Positions 1 through 13,742 of a stretch of 64,000 bases of DNA are shown here, piece after piece. This DNA is from Gracilinanus agilis (Eukaryota). The notes beneath the pieces were generated by a model. It saw nothing but the letters and a program-made list of their open reading frames with translations, made no database searches and had not been told where the DNA came from. Location: positions 408,732,356 through 408,796,355 of the forward strand of contig NC_058132.1 of the NCBI RefSeq assembly GCF_016433145.1. The letters run 5' to 3'. The position numbers and the translations under genes were made by a program. Every line of letters begins with the position of its first letter. Position 1 is the stretch's first letter.

Positions 1-1344
1 GGATTTGGGAAAATGAAATGTTAACATGGTACAAAGTAAAGAGAAGGAAACTGAAACATGAACTCTTATTCATCCAAACCATGTAGTAAATTAAGTTAGC
101 CCATAGGAAATCTTATGCTAGATTTGATAATATAGCTAAAGCTGTCCTGAAGGCCAGAGGAAATAAGCTTCCCTCTAAATCATCAGTGTTAAATAAAAAA
201 GAAGCAAATAATATAGACTCCCCAATCAACTAATGTATGCACTTCCTAGAATGTGCAACTTTCAACATACTACTGCAAAATCCCACCTTTTTGTGGAAAT
301 GACATTTAGAGTTTATTTTAAAGTGGTGAAGAATGCATGGATCTAAATTAATTCTAATATATTTTTAATATATTCATTATAATGCATTCGAAATGAATTT
401 CCATTTTTGCCCTCCTCTCAGTAATGTGACAATGTCCTGTCTGCAACTGCCCCTGGGTATAAACAATCATTGTGTCATTTAATTAGATATTCAAGATGCT
501 AGTGTGAGGGACATATGTCTATTCCCTGTAACAAATAGCAAGAGCCTGCCACATGCTTTCATGCTCCTACTATATTGAAGTGAAAACAGAACAAGTGCAA
601 GCTCTCCCAAGGACCTGTGGCCCTTGGACCGTTTGAATACAATCAGCCTGTATTCATGGATTGGTTACAGTTTATTAACAGCCTATGAACTTCTCATCTG
701 CTCCTGGGGACTTGTTAGGATTGTCACCTGCAACTGCTGGACCATAGTTCCATCGCTCTTCAAAAACAAATCTGTGTCAGAGCCTATTTGCACATACACA
801 CATTTGTATTTTTCCACCACAAAGAGCACCATATTTGGGAGACAACAAATGGTTGGTATGAAAAGCAGATCAACTTTTCAACAGATTGGGATGGATTTGG
901 CTCTCACTTTAACTCCCAGCATTGGGGCTGGGGGGTGACAGGGGCAGAGGTGGGTTAAGAGAAGAGAATAACATGTTGAAGTGAGCCAAACCAAATTCTG
1001 CTTATTTTAGCAGCTTCAGGTTTCCGTAAAAAACTTTTTTTCACTGTAAGCTGAGAAGGCAAGGTGAAAAATAAAATGGGGGGGGGGATGAAATTTTATT
1101 TTCATGTTTCATCTGGTATTTAGAAATGATTTTAAATGGGGAAAAATTTTAAACTTAATTTAACACCTGTAAGAAAGGGATACCCTATTGTCTACTTTCT
1201 GAACAAACTTTCAGTGATAAATAATGAAAAACCTTACAAGGCAATATACATTCCTCTTTGGAAAGTTATTATTAGGAAGTCCAAGATCTCCAGCTTACCA
1301 GAGTAACTCCTTTCTGATCAGCCAAAGTCATTAGTCTCTTTAAT

Positions 1345-1537
1345 TTTCACGTATTATAGAATTTAGAGCTAAAATGCACCTTAAAGATGATCTAGTCCAA
1401 CAGTCCAATTTTATGAGCAAGGCAACCAAGACCCAAAGAAAGGACATGATTTTCCCAAAATTATGTACATAGTAAATGATGGAGAACAGATTTGAACTCA
1501 GGTCTTCTGATTATAACTCAAATGATCTTACCACTAC
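1345..1537 (-). mobile_element. MIR-family SINE fragment
   Basis: tcatctagtccaac-like end and gatttgaactcaggtcttctga motif. Confidence 0.6.
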
Positions 1538-1885
1538 TTTTAGGACTGAAATCTAAATTCTTTCAGTTGAAATAGTCATGATAATTAATGTAGAACTCAC
1601 TTTAAAAAAACTATCACCATTTAAGGGATTAATACGACACCATTACATTTTATGAAACCACCATGTGGATGGCATATCATCACAGTTGTGTGCTGTGGAA
1701 GTTTCCAAATAATGAGAGCACTGGATTACCCACTTGTTATTGGTTTATTTCAGGTATATAAATTTAAATTTGAGGTCATTAAGTCAAATGTCAATAAAAG
1801 TCTCTTTTCCCTACACTAAAAAAAAAAAGTAGAGGTATCATGAAATCTTAGAACTAGGAAAAACCTCAAAGATCAGCAGCCTAAC

Positions 1886-2535
1886 TCTTTTTTTTAATAT
1901 TTATTTTTTAAACATTTATTAATATTCATTTTTATTGTGGTTACATTATTCATGCTCCTACTTTCCCCTTCACCCCCCTACACTCCCCCCACCCATGGCC
2001 GATGCACATTTCCACTGGTTTTTAACATGTGTCATTGATAAAGACCTATTTCCAAATTGTTGATAGTTGCATTGGTGTGGTAGGTTTCGAGTCTACATCC
2101 CCAATCATGTCTGCCTCAACCCATGCGTTCAAGCAATTGTTTTTCTTATATGTTTCCTCTCCTGTAGTCCTTCCTCAGAATGTGGGTAGTTTTCTTTACC
2201 ATTAATCCCTCAGAACTGTCCTGGGTCACTGCATTGCTGCTAGTACAGAAGTCCATTACATTCTATTTTACCACAGTATATCAGTCTCTGTGTACAATGT
2301 TCTTCTGGCTCTGCTCCTCTCACTCTGCATCAGTTCCTGGAGGTCTTTCCAGTTCACCTGGAATTCCTCCAGTTTATTATTCCTTTTAGCACAATAGTAT
2401 TCCATCACCCGCATATACCACAATTTGTTCAGCCTTTTTTGCCACCACAAAAATCACAGCAATAAATATTTTCATTCAAGTCTGTTTATTTATGATCTCT
2501 TTGGGGGTACAGACCCAACAATGGTATGGCTGGAT
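1886..2535 (-). mobile_element. L1 3' fragment
   Basis: Poly-T, 3' UTR and ORF2 C-terminus (EYYCAKRNNKLEEFQVNWKDLQELMQSE), same family as the other copies. Confidence 0.88.
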
Positions 2536-2880
2536 CAGGGTGGCCCATTTGTTAACCTGCTGGTTTGTTTAACATTCATAACATCTCCCAACTATGTCCT
2601 TCTCTTTCCTCTGATACCACCACTGCCATCCTGGCATTGGCCTTTATAACTTCACACCTGGATCACTGCAATAGCCTGTTATTTGGTTTCCCCACCTTTT
2701 CACTTACCACTCTAGTAGGGCAGCCCATTTGGTGACCCCTGCTTTTGTTGACTCATATATTTTCAGGATCATACACGTCCTGTGTTTTCTATAATTTCTT
2801 GGGCTGAGAGCACTATTGTTGGCAATTTGCCCTCATTGTGTATGGTACTTCTGTTTAACTCTGATACCTTAAAGTATACT

Positions 2881-3064
2881 TTTTTTTTAAACCCTTGTAC
2901 TTCGGTGTATTGTCTCATAGGTGGAAGATTGGTAAGGGTGGGCAATGGGGGTCAAGTGACTTGCCCAGGGTCACACAGCTGGGAAGTGGCTGAGGCCGGG
3001 TTTGAACCTAGGACCTCCTGTCTCTAGGCCTGACTCTCACTCCACTGAGCTACCCAGCTGCCCC
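2881..3064 (-). mobile_element. SINE1_Mdo-type SINE, young
   Basis: Full-length tRNA-like head, CORE and A-tail; TSD ttaaagtatactttt at 2869-2883 and 3065-3079. Confidence 0.93.
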
Positions 3065-4266
3065 TTAAAGTATACTTTTTGATTGAGTATAAACAGGACC
3101 TGTACAATCCTTTGAATCCATGAAAGCCATTGGGTGGGTCTCTCAGACCCTTAGTCATTTATTTGTATAAAGAGAAGAAACTATCTTAAGACTAGGGGAC
3201 AGAGATTCTTAGGTTCTGGATTCTAGAAGTGGGAAGAAGCATAGCAATTCCAGAACACCATTGAGGAGCAAAGGGAGGCCTGTGCTGTGGAAGAACTGAG
3301 AAAGATCTAGAAAGATGGATGCTCTCTAAGCATCTCAGAATAGAGGACTCATATATTTTCAGGATCATACATGTCCTATATTTTATGTAATTTCTTGGGC
3401 CCAGAGCACTATTGTTGGCAATTTGCCCTCATTATGGAAGTCTCAAGATAAGGTCAGCTCTTTCCCAACTACTTAGATACCTGTCTGTTATGCACACTAT
3501 AATAGAAGCTGCCATTTTGTTTCCCAAATGTTTTCAGTAAACTGAATTTTGCCTCGATCACAAAGAATTCACAGACTAACTAGAAAAAGATATAAATGTA
3601 AGGTTAAGTAGAGAGCCTGATTCCTAACCAGATGTTAGTTTTCCTAACTGAACTCTCAGAGCAATTATGTCTTAATTTAGAACTTTTCATCTGAAACAAA
3701 CTCCCCAAAACTGAAGAGGGGGCAACTAAATTGACCTTAGGGGAGTATCTTGCTGCCTCTTGGGCTAAAAATGAGCTAATTTTTATCATGGGAAGTTAAA
3801 AATTGGGACTCTTAGAACAATTCTGAGGGACTTATAAACAAAAATGCTATCCACCTCCAGAAAAAGAATTATTGGAGTTGGAATGCAGATCAAAGCATGC
3901 AATTTTTCACGTTATTTTATTTGGGATTTTGGTTTTATACGATTATTCTGCTACAAAATTTATCAATATGGAAATGTGTTTTGCATGCTAATACACATAT
4001 AACACAGGTTGAATTGCTTGCTAGCTCTAGGAGGGTGAAGAAAAGGGAAAGGGAAACAATTTGGATCATATAACTTCAGAAATTTTATTTATTTATGTAA
4101 TTGGTAAACTATCATTGTAATAAATAAATAATGTAAGAAAATAAAATTGTTTATTTTTTTTAAGTTGGGAATCTTGTCTGGGGTCCCCCAGCCAGTTAGA
4201 TGTGGGTGATGCTCTACCTTCAAACAAGAAGTCTAATCCACCTTAATTTTGGTGCCTTCCCTCTGA

Positions 4267-4273
4267 GACTTTT

Positions 4274-4332
<59 letters not shown>
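4267..4332. repeat. (TA)n microsatellite
   Basis: About 30 TA units with one interruption. Confidence 0.98.
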
Positions 4333-4333
<1 letters not shown>

Positions 4334-4792
4334 CCTGTTCATATGTAGTTGTTTGCAAGTTTTTTTCCCATTTAGATTGGAAACACCTTAAGATCAAAAG
4401 CTTTGGGCCTTTCTTTGTATCCCCAACATTCAGCACAGTACCTAGCTACCAACTTGCCACGTTGGAGATTTTAAGGAAAAGAACCAATCAGAATGTGTCT
4501 CTTCTTTTTAAGTCATGGGGTACTCTGCTCTCCTTCTACTCTTCTGGGGCAAAGTTCTGCCCAAAGCTTGTCACATCATTCCAAAGTGCCAAGTCATTCC
4601 AATGTTGAATCAACACATGGCAGGGGAGTTGGTCATTTCCGATATACCTAAATACTATCTAACATATGTGGTGTGCTGGAAGCAGGAAGGTCAGTTTTTC
4701 TCATATCCAGTTCAAACCCTAGTAATGCAAAAAATAGAAAGGAAAGAGGAGAAACTAAAAGCAGAGGACTCTTAAAAGCATACTGGGGGGAC

Positions 4793-4924
4793 GGGAGCAT
4801 CTAGGTGGCTCAGAGGATTGAGAGCCAGGACTGAAGATGAGAGATCCTGGCTTCAAATCTGGACTCAGACATTTCCTAGTTCCTAGTATTGATTCTAAGA
4901 CAGGAGGTAAGGGTTTTCTAAAAG
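4793..4924 (+). mobile_element. Older SINE1-type SINE, internally deleted
   Basis: Head ctaggtggctcag...ttcaaatctgg and tail gattctaagacaggaggtaagggtttt. Confidence 0.75.
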
Positions 4925-5656
4925 TCTTTTCTGATTATTCCATGTGAAGAGTGATGATACATTTAATTAGAGTGGCAGCCATGTAAAATGGAAGTTAAAA
5001 GAAGGATGGAAGAGATGCTTTGGAAGTAAACTAGCCAATATTTGGCAACTAATTGATTCTAGTAAGTAAGAAAAAAAGAACATTTAAGAATAATTCCAAG
5101 ATTATGAGCCTGGGTGATTGAAAGGATGTAGTGCCCTCAATAAAATTAGGAATATGTGGAAGAGGGGTTGGTTTAGGGGTCTGGCTATTTTGAACCTGAG
5201 ATGTTGATATAACATCCAGGTAGAAATATCCATATTGGTATTGGTACGGGCATTTTGGAATTCAGGAAAGAATTTTGTTGGATATATATGTAATAGGGAA
5301 CTGGCACTTGATTGATGCTACTCTCCAGATGAAAGGTGCTGACAACCCTATTCTGGGTAAAGCATAATGATGTGTAATGGAAATACACCATGTGTAAGCA
5401 TTCAGTAACAGGTTCTACAGCTGTGGAAATGGAAATTATGAGAACATAGCTGGTCTCTTTTCTTTCTCATGGTTGGATTTCTGCTCATGGTTTTGACACC
5501 TTCACTGATGGTATCCAGTGAAAGGCAATACTGTCACAAGAAAGGCCATGGGTCCTCTCCCTCCAAGGTTTACTTGGCCTCAACACGGGCCTCAATCTTC
5601 CATTCTTTGCCTGCCTCAGTGTTTGGGTTATTTGGGGTGTTTTTTTTCCCTTTTTA

Positions 5657-6075
5657 TGTGATGGAGATTAATTAAGAGACAACAACCTTTTGAGTTTCAA
5701 ATGATCAGGTGATTAAACCTCCAGGGCTCCAGAAGTCCTGGTACCCTTAAAGCTCAGAAGTCTGGAATTAATTTCTGTTTGGGTTTGCAGCCCTGTGGAA
5801 AGACTTTTGGGACCTAGTTCAAGGGGAACTAAGCTGAAGATTCATCTGGTACTAATGTCACATTTTGATATGAACTTTGTGGGAATTATGCTAAGTAAAA
5901 ACTGTGCCAAATTTAAGTCTACTCTCCCCAGAAAATGAGGTAATATAGTAGAAAATGTGTCCCAAAAGTGGTATTGGGAAATATTTGTACTTCTTTTCTT
6001 GCCATATCTTCCAAATAAAAGCTAATTAACATTCATTCATTAAATGAGACTGACAAGCTAGTCCCTCATTAATCA
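5657..6075 (+). mobile_element. Possible solo LTR
   Basis: Starts tgtgatggag, AATAAA near 6014, LTR-like 3' end; boundaries uncertain. Confidence 0.35.
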
Positions 6076-7425
6076 TATAACCCTAACTCATAACTTTGAA
6101 TGTGAATGGACTTTTTTCTCCCTAAAAAATACCATTTGTCATATGGATTGACTCTCAGGAAGGGGAAGAAGGAAGTATACTATGGTAATGTAAGAAATGA
6201 AGTATCAATAAAATATTTTTTAAAAACAATGGTGGGGAACACAGCTTGTGAAAGCTTGAAATGATCTCATAGAAATCCTATGGGAATAGAGGAGAACACT
6301 TAGAAAGGATATAAAGAAAAGATTATGGGGTCTATAATGGACACCCATTAGGTTTTGAGAGAGAGGCAATTGTCCAGAAAAGGTATTAATAAAGGCTGGA
6401 GGACTCTGCCAAGTAGAGGAATGAAGATAAAGCCTCATCCTAGGGGCCAAGGAAGGCAAGAAAATCTAGGAAAAGAAAGGAATGGTCAACAGTGTCAAAG
6501 GCTAGACCATGAAGGTCTTCTATGTGTATTTGTTCCAGTCCAACTATTCTTACTAATTTCACCACTTTCATAATATAATACATCATACCCTTGGAATATT
6601 TAGAGTTCACTTCAGGTTTACTGTAGTTTCATGTTCCCTTACATTGCCTTTTGCTTATTTTCCAAAGTATTACTATTCATAATTTTTCACCATCCTTCTG
6701 TGTAATGTTTTACAACTAGTTTGTACTGTAAACTGTTCTTTATTCTGTCCTATCTCTCTGCTTGGTAAGAGGACCTATGACATCATGAGTAATGTCTTGA
6801 TTGCCCACGAATTGGATTAAGTGAGGCACAGTTGCACAAAGTCTTCAGGCTCACTCTCTCTTCCAGAGTCATCAAAGTCCAGTGGCAAGATAAAAGTCAG
6901 GATGACTGGTGATGGCCCAGGATGCAATCTCTTATCAAGCTCTAAGTGTTTCACAATGTTTGCTTCAGCCACTTTCATGGCTATGGGACCAAATTGTTCT
7001 CATCTGCCTATTTTGTTGGGGAGAATCTTCATATGCTTGAGGTAGACACCCCCTTAACTCATCTCTGGGTTTCAGTCCTGTCATTTGCCTTCAGCCTTTT
7101 TAAGTCTATCTACCAAGATGATTTTACCAGACTGTAGCTGCTGTACATACTACAGCTTCTTGGAGCCAGGTGTAAAATAAGGGTAGCAACTAAAATAGTT
7201 TCTAGGCTCCTTTGGTTTATTCCTTGTGGCTATTACTATATATTGGTTAAATAAATACCATGGTAATAACCAGTCCTTTCTTATCTGTTAAGATGTTGTC
7301 AATTCATTGTGTATTTGTGATGTATTCAGTGTTTGCCACATCCACTTTGCTTTATTAGTTCTTGCTGTCTTGCAAGATCATTGGCTTCTACTTGCCCAAT
7401 TCTGGTCTTTAGAGATTGGTTTTCT

Positions 7426-9028
7426 TTTTTTTTAAACATTTATTAATATTTATTTTTTGAAAAGTTAACATGGTTATGTAATTCATGCTCTTACTTTCCC
7501 CTTCACCCCCTCTCGACTTCCCCCTCCCCCCCATGGCTGATGTGTATTTCCACTGGTTTTAACATGTGTCATTGATCAAGACTTATTTCCAAATTGTTGA
7601 TAGTTGCATTGGTGTGGTAGTTTTGAGTCTACATCCCCAATCATGTCCACCTCAACCCATGTGTTCAAGCAGTTGTTTTTCTTCTGTTTCCACTCATGTA
7701 GTTCTTCCTCTGAATGTGGGTAGCTCTCTTTTCCATAAATCCCTCAGAATTGTCCTGGGTCATAGCATTGCTACTAGTACAGAAGTCCATTACATTCTAT
7801 TTTACCACAGTGTATTGATCTCTATGTACAATGTTCTTCTGGCTCTGCTCCTTTCACTCTACATCAAGAATATCAAGGGAAATAATGAAAAAAAATGTGA
7901 AGGAAGGGGGCCTAGCAGTACCAGATATTAAACTGTACTATACTATAAAGCAGTGGTCATCAAAACAGTATGGTACTGGCTAAGAGACAGAAGGGAGGAT
8001 CAGTGGAATAGAATTGGGGTAAGTGACATCAGCAAGACAGTGTATGATAAACCCAAAAAGCCCAACTTTTGGGACAAAAATCCACTATTTGACAAAAACT
8101 GCTGGGAAATTTGGAAAACAATATGGGAGAAATTAGGTTTAGATCAACATCTCACACCCTACACCAAGATAAATTCAGAATGGGTGAATGACTTGAATAC
8201 AAAGAGGGAAACTATAAATAAGTTAAGTGAACATAGAGTAGTTTACTTGTCAGATCTCTGGGAAAGGAAAGATTTTAAAACCAAGCAAGAATTAGAGAAA
8301 ATTACAAAATGCAAAATAAATGATTCTGATTATATCAAACTAAAAAGCTTTTGTACAAACAAAAACAATGTAGCCAAAATCAGAAGGGAAACAACAAATT
8401 GGGAAAAAAATCTTTATAACGAAAAACTCTGACAGGGGTCTAATTACTCAAATATACAAGGAGTTAAACCAATTGTATAAAAAATCAAGCCATTCCCCAA
8501 TTGATAAATGGGCAAGAGACATGAATAGGCAATTTCTTCAGATAAAGAAATCAAAAGTATCAATAAGCACATGAGAAAGTGTTCTAAATCTCTAATAATT
8601 AGAGAAATGCAAATCAAAACAACTCTGAGGTATCACCTCACACCTAGCAGATTGTCTAAAATGAAAGAAGGGAGAGTAATGAATGCTGGAGGTGATGTGG
8701 CAAAACTGGACATTAATGCATTGCTGGTGGAGTTGTGAACTGATCCAACCATTTCTGGCTGGCAATTTGGAACTATGTTCAAAGGGCTATAAAAGAATGC
8801 CTGCCCTTTGATCCAGCCATACCATTGTTGAGTTTGTACCCCAAAGAGATCATAGATAAACAGACTTGTACAAAAATATTTATAGCTGTGCTTCTTGTGG
8901 TGGCAAAAAAACTGGAAAAAGAGGGTATGCCCTTCAATTGGGGAATGGCTTAAATTGTGGTATATGCTGGTGATGGAATACTATTGTGCTAAAAGGAATA
9001 ATAAACTGGAGGAATTCCATGTGAACTG
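7426..9028. mobile_element. L1, 5'-truncated and 5'-inverted (twin-primed)
   Basis: Poly-T plus antisense 3' end at 7426-7866, then sense ORF2 C-terminal segment at 7867-9028 (ORF 7953-8432, WYWLRDRREDQWNRI). 14-bp TSD gagattggttttct at 7412-7425 and 9029-9042. Confidence 0.92.
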
Positions 9029-9756
9029 GAGATTGGTTTTCTGCTATAATTTTTTGGTTTTCCTTTTCAATTTGGTCTATCATGTTTTTCATGGATTCCT
9101 GCTGTTTAATTTGGGTCTCCAATTTGCTTATCATTTCATTTGACTTTTGGACACCTTTCTCCATTGGGAATTTCTGTCTGTTTATTTCCTTTTGAGCTAT
9201 TTCCCACTTTTCTTGCCAAATCTATTCTGTCTTTCTCATGATCTCAGATTTGAACTCTTCAAGAGTTTGTGACCAATTTTCATTTTTGGGTAAAAGTTTG
9301 GATGTGTTTACTTATTTTCCTCCTCTGCTATCTGCTCTGTGGTCTGGATTTTTTCTGTGTAAAGGTTATTGAGTGTTGGTGCTTTTCTCTTGTTCTTTCT
9401 GGTGGTTAATTCTTGGGCATTGCTTGCCATTATTATGCTGGGTTTTCCTTCTCAGTCAGAAGTCTGAGTGAGGCAGGCAGGCTCTCTGTGTATAGAGCTG
9501 TGGATCAGTTTTTGCCTGAGGCTACTTTATGAGTCATAGTGCGGTGCCACCCTTCTCAGCTCTAGCCCCACACCCAAGGTCTATGCTCTTTAGGCTCCTG
9601 GGGTCTCAAGTCTAGCCATTCTCAGGGGCAAGCCCCTGGTGGTCCCAGTTAGCTGCCAAGAAGCTAGAGTTTGCCCCCCCCACTGGCTCTAACTCTGGTG
9701 GGCTACCTCTGACTCTGTCACTGTAGGTGGGGTGGAGGAGGGTTGATCAGCTTTAG

Positions 9757-9947
9757 GTTTTTTTTTTTGGTTTGTTTTGTTTTTTAAACCCTTACCTTCC
9801 ATCTTGAAGTCAATACTGTGTATTGGCTCCAAGGCAGAAGAGTGGTAAGGGTCACACAGCTGGGAAGTGTCTGAGGTCAGATTTGAACCTAGGACCTCCC
9901 GTCTCTAGGCCTGACTCTCAATCCAGTGAGCTACCCAGCTCCCCCCG
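9757..9947 (-). mobile_element. SINE1-type SINE with internal deletion
   Basis: Head and tail present; TSD cagctttag at 9748-9756 and 9948-9956. Confidence 0.85.
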
Positions 9948-10618
9948 CAGCTTTAGTTTTTTGATGGGAGCTCTTTCACCCCCTTATAGCTTGGAAATGA
10001 CTAAATCCCAAGTACCTTCAATGCTGCACCCTATTGTGGGGTCCCTTCATTTATCTGGATTTGGCTTTTTTTGTTTTTTTGAGGTATCATGTATGGGTCA
10101 GTGGTGAGGAGAGTTAAGCACTCTATTCTGCAGCCATCTTAACCTGGAAGTCCCTGTTTGCCACATCCAGCATCTTCCAACTCTTTTCTTGAAGATAAGA
10201 ATCATAATAACAAGTATGTGGTTTTTTAATAGACCACAAACCTCTGGTCTCTTTCATTTTTTGAACCTGAATCTTGTTTTCCAACATATTATTCACCATA
10301 TTTCCTTGAGCCCACTTTTATATGAGTCACTGACTATTCAATTTGACCAGATTTAGAGGATCTTTTCAAGTTCTTCATTTAATTTTTTCTATTTCTTTAT
10401 CCTCTTTAATAGATGTTGAGATAGCAAGTGTAATTATTTTCCTTGTAGTACTTTTGTTAGGGGAGGAGGCTGATCACAAGCACTCTAAACAAGATAGATG
10501 GTCAAGATTCTCATGAAATAAGGTTTCAGGAAAAAAAAAAGATAAATAATTTTATTTCAGAAAAGTGATCAAATGAAAGCATGGTGATAATTCAGTGTTC
10601 TTTACAAGTATGTTGGGA

Positions 10619-10808
10619 GAGACCAGTGAGATGGCTCAGTAGATTGAGAACCAGGTTTAGAGATGGGAGATCCTGGGTTCAAATTTGGCCTCAGACTATA
10701 TGACACTGGCCAAGTCACTTAACTCCCATTGCCCAGCCCTTACCATTCTTTTGACTTGAAACCAATACACAGTATTAATTTTAAGATTGAAGGTAAGGGT
10801 TTAAAAAA
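10619..10808 (+). mobile_element. Older SINE1-type SINE
   Basis: Head, CORE gtcacttaac and tail aaccaatacacagtattaatt...ggtaagggtttaaaa. Confidence 0.8.
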
Positions 10809-13638
10809 ACTACATTAAGTCCAAACTGTCCTGTAGATTCTATGTAATTGCAAAAAATTTAAGTACATTCCCAGGAACTAGGTTAATCAGGCAGTGATAA
10901 ATTCTTCAGCCATGACAACCTACCAAATAAATTCCGAATACCACACAACTTTCAGTTTTATATGATCCCTTACCATTATGATGGTGGCCAAGTAGTAGAA
11001 AGTAGGGCAGAAGATGCTAAGAATTATACTATTTTAAAATTATCTATCAAATTAATTTAATCATTGTAGCCTATATGTGAAATATGAATCCAATATCCAA
11101 TGATTTAATGGAAGAGTTGAGCCACATAATATTGATATATATTGATATTCTTGCTGTAAATTAAACCATAAGTCATAAAGGAGTCATAGCTAAATGGAAA
11201 GATGGCTCATAGGTTCTCTTTAGAGAAGCAAATAAAAGAGTTTCAAAATTGATTTTATGCTATACTCCCAAAGAAATAAGAAACATGATTTCATGTTACT
11301 CAGTTTCAGTAGCTCATTCTGCATATATTTTTGTGAATTTATATTAATTATCTTTTTCTATGCAAATAAACTCCCTAGGAAATATATTCTTGTGGTATGG
11401 AACATATGGCAGAAAAAGAAAAAGGTTAAGAGGGAGTGGATACTGGATGAAGCCAGAACACCAGGGTAGCTTGCTAGAGATGCCACAAATAGAATAGACC
11501 CAGGTTTTCAGACCCCTAGTGTCATGTGTTTTTCTGTCAAAATGTTTCATTTCCACCCTACTGCCTATAATAGAGAAGCTTACTAAAATTTATGTATATA
11601 CTTTGACATCATTTACCTTATTTCTAAGGAGCACTAGTGAAAAATAATTTTCTTTAATCAAGAGTTGTGGTCTTAGTGGAGAAAAACAATGCAAATGGGC
11701 ATCTCAACTGTAGTCTTATTTTGGGAGTGTATCTTTCCTTTGTCTCCCTACCCACTATGGTGTGATATCAAGAGCAAAGGGAACCACTCTCCTAATGATA
11801 TCTTCTCTGCTCTGGGCTTTACTGTTGCCTGAAATTCCACGATTAGAGTGAACTTCATTATTTTGTCTCTTGTCAAAATACAAATGCCTCTGGGATTGGA
11901 AACACATTACTATTTATTTACATCTTGGGAGATAGCTGTGGTATGATAGAAAGAGGGCTGAGTTTGAAATCAGAGAACCTATGTGAACCTGGGCTAGATA
12001 TCTAAGTTATCTGGAACTAGTTTCCTCACCTGTAAAATGAGAGGGTTGGATTAGAAGGTCTGTAAGGTCTTCTTTAGTTCTATGACACTATGATCCTTGA
12101 AGCCAATGAATTTCCCGAATTACAAATCCCTCACTGATGACTTTGCTTGTGTAATGAAAGTCATAGCACTTCTTAGCAAGAGAGAAAGCTTTAAGAACAG
12201 TCCTAGCCTTTGTGTCTGCCATCCTGGGAGTAGCCTTACTAGGTTTGGAAAAGTTCATCATCAGACTGTTGGCCATTAATTAAAAAAAAACAGCTCATTA
12301 AATCATCTACTGAGGCATGGAGGGGTTCCAATTTGTGCCAGTGGAGGGAATACCCACACCAGTGAAATAAAAAATCATTTGATATAAATAGAAGGAAACC
12401 AATTAATTTGCCATAGACTCATAGAGTTGGCAAGAGTCATTGAGCTTAAACTCTTCATTTTACCAATAATAAAATTTAGGTCCATATAGATGGCATGATT
12501 TGCCTAAGTTTGCACAGCTCATTAATTAGTGGCAGATTTAGGGCTGGAAGCCAGGACTGTAACTAAATAGCTACATATATGCACATTATAAAAGAAGTGA
12601 ATGGGGAAAGATCCAGAGTAATGAAAGTTTCAAGAAGGGAGAGGTCATTTATAACTGGGGATACAGGGATGACTTTATGATGTGCCAGTGACCTAGTACA
12701 GAAACTGAGGGGTACGTAACAAAAGAATAGGTTCCAAAGTCACAGACTAAAGAGGGAAAAACCCCTTAAATGCTTGATAGATGGTAAAAGGAACAAGTAG
12801 TTTGATTGGCAATGGAGGAGGAAGGAGTGTTGTTTAGGTTTTTTGTTTTTTAATGCTTAAGGATAGCCTAAGATGCATTGTTGTTGTTGTTGTTCCTGCT
12901 GTCATTTTATAACAACAAATATAAATATAATTCATTTTCCAATTTCTTTCTCCCCAAACTATGCTATCTCGGAAGGACTCAACCTAGCTTCTAAGATGCC
13001 TGGCGCCAACTGGGTTGCTATGCACCAGGCCTGTGCCTAAGTAGTCTATAGGTCTCTCTCTCCACTCCACAAGGCTGTGTCCTGGAGTCACTCCCTTGAC
13101 AGAACTTTATGACTCCAGATTTAAAGTCTATCCCCACAATCTCAACCCAACACAAAGTGATTTGAGGGGATCATTTCTGCTGCTTACCCCAGGCATCAGG
13201 GTTTCTAGTGTTGGCTCTACTGTAAACCCACAGACTTAGGAGTAACAAGCATCAGCTAGTAAATAAGAAAACAGACTGGTGATACATAGTCAATGTTGGG
13301 GGAAAAGGAGGCAATTAGAGAAAAAGTACTTGGATAACCTACAAAAATCTATGAAACCTATAAGCCCTAGGATAATCTAATTAACAGTATTGTGGATATA
13401 TTTGTTGATATATTCACATCTGGGAAAAAAACTGTATAAAGTACTTTGTATAGTACTGAACAAAAAGAATATACTTATATTGTTTGAGAACTTTTCTAGA
13501 ATTCCTGGCCTCTTTCAATTCTCAGCTTAAGAGTTACCTCCTACCCCAAACTCTTCCTCAATCATCTAGGAATCTCCCAGCAATCTCCCTTCCAATTACT
13601 TCGTATTTACTTTGTATGCCTTCTGTATCTACTTTTTA

Positions 13639-13742
13639 TAGGGTGTCCCAAAAAAACCTTTGTGCCATTTTTAGCTCTAATAATTTAATTAGCTTTAATC
13701 TTTAAAAGTGTAAAGCTCTACTGAGACTTTTGGGACATCCTG
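13639..13742. mobile_element. Tc1/mariner-type MITE (hairpin)
   Basis: TIRs tagggtgtcccaaaa (13639-13653) and ttttgggacatcctg (13728-13742), flanked by TA on both sides. Confidence 0.85.

Larger units (their letters stand above)
7200..10150 (-). mobile_element. Older L1 5' UTR/ORF1 fragment hosting the inverted L1 and a SINE
   Basis: ORF1-like coiled-coil translation (SKLETQIKQQESMKNMIDQIEKENQKIIAE) resumes exactly after the TSD at 9029-9042. Confidence 0.7.

Noticed and set aside
4200-4608. ORFs with YIYIYI (and HTHT/VCVC near 55.7 kb)
   Set aside because: Translations of microsatellites.
11685-11696. Overlapping Sox and octamer motif AACAATGCAAAT
   Set aside because: Not the canonical Sox-POU spacing; one short motif is expected by chance in AT-rich DNA.
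13001-13018. tggcgccaactggg as a tRNA-Lys PBS
   Set aside because: Needs two indels to match and has no adjacent LTR end.
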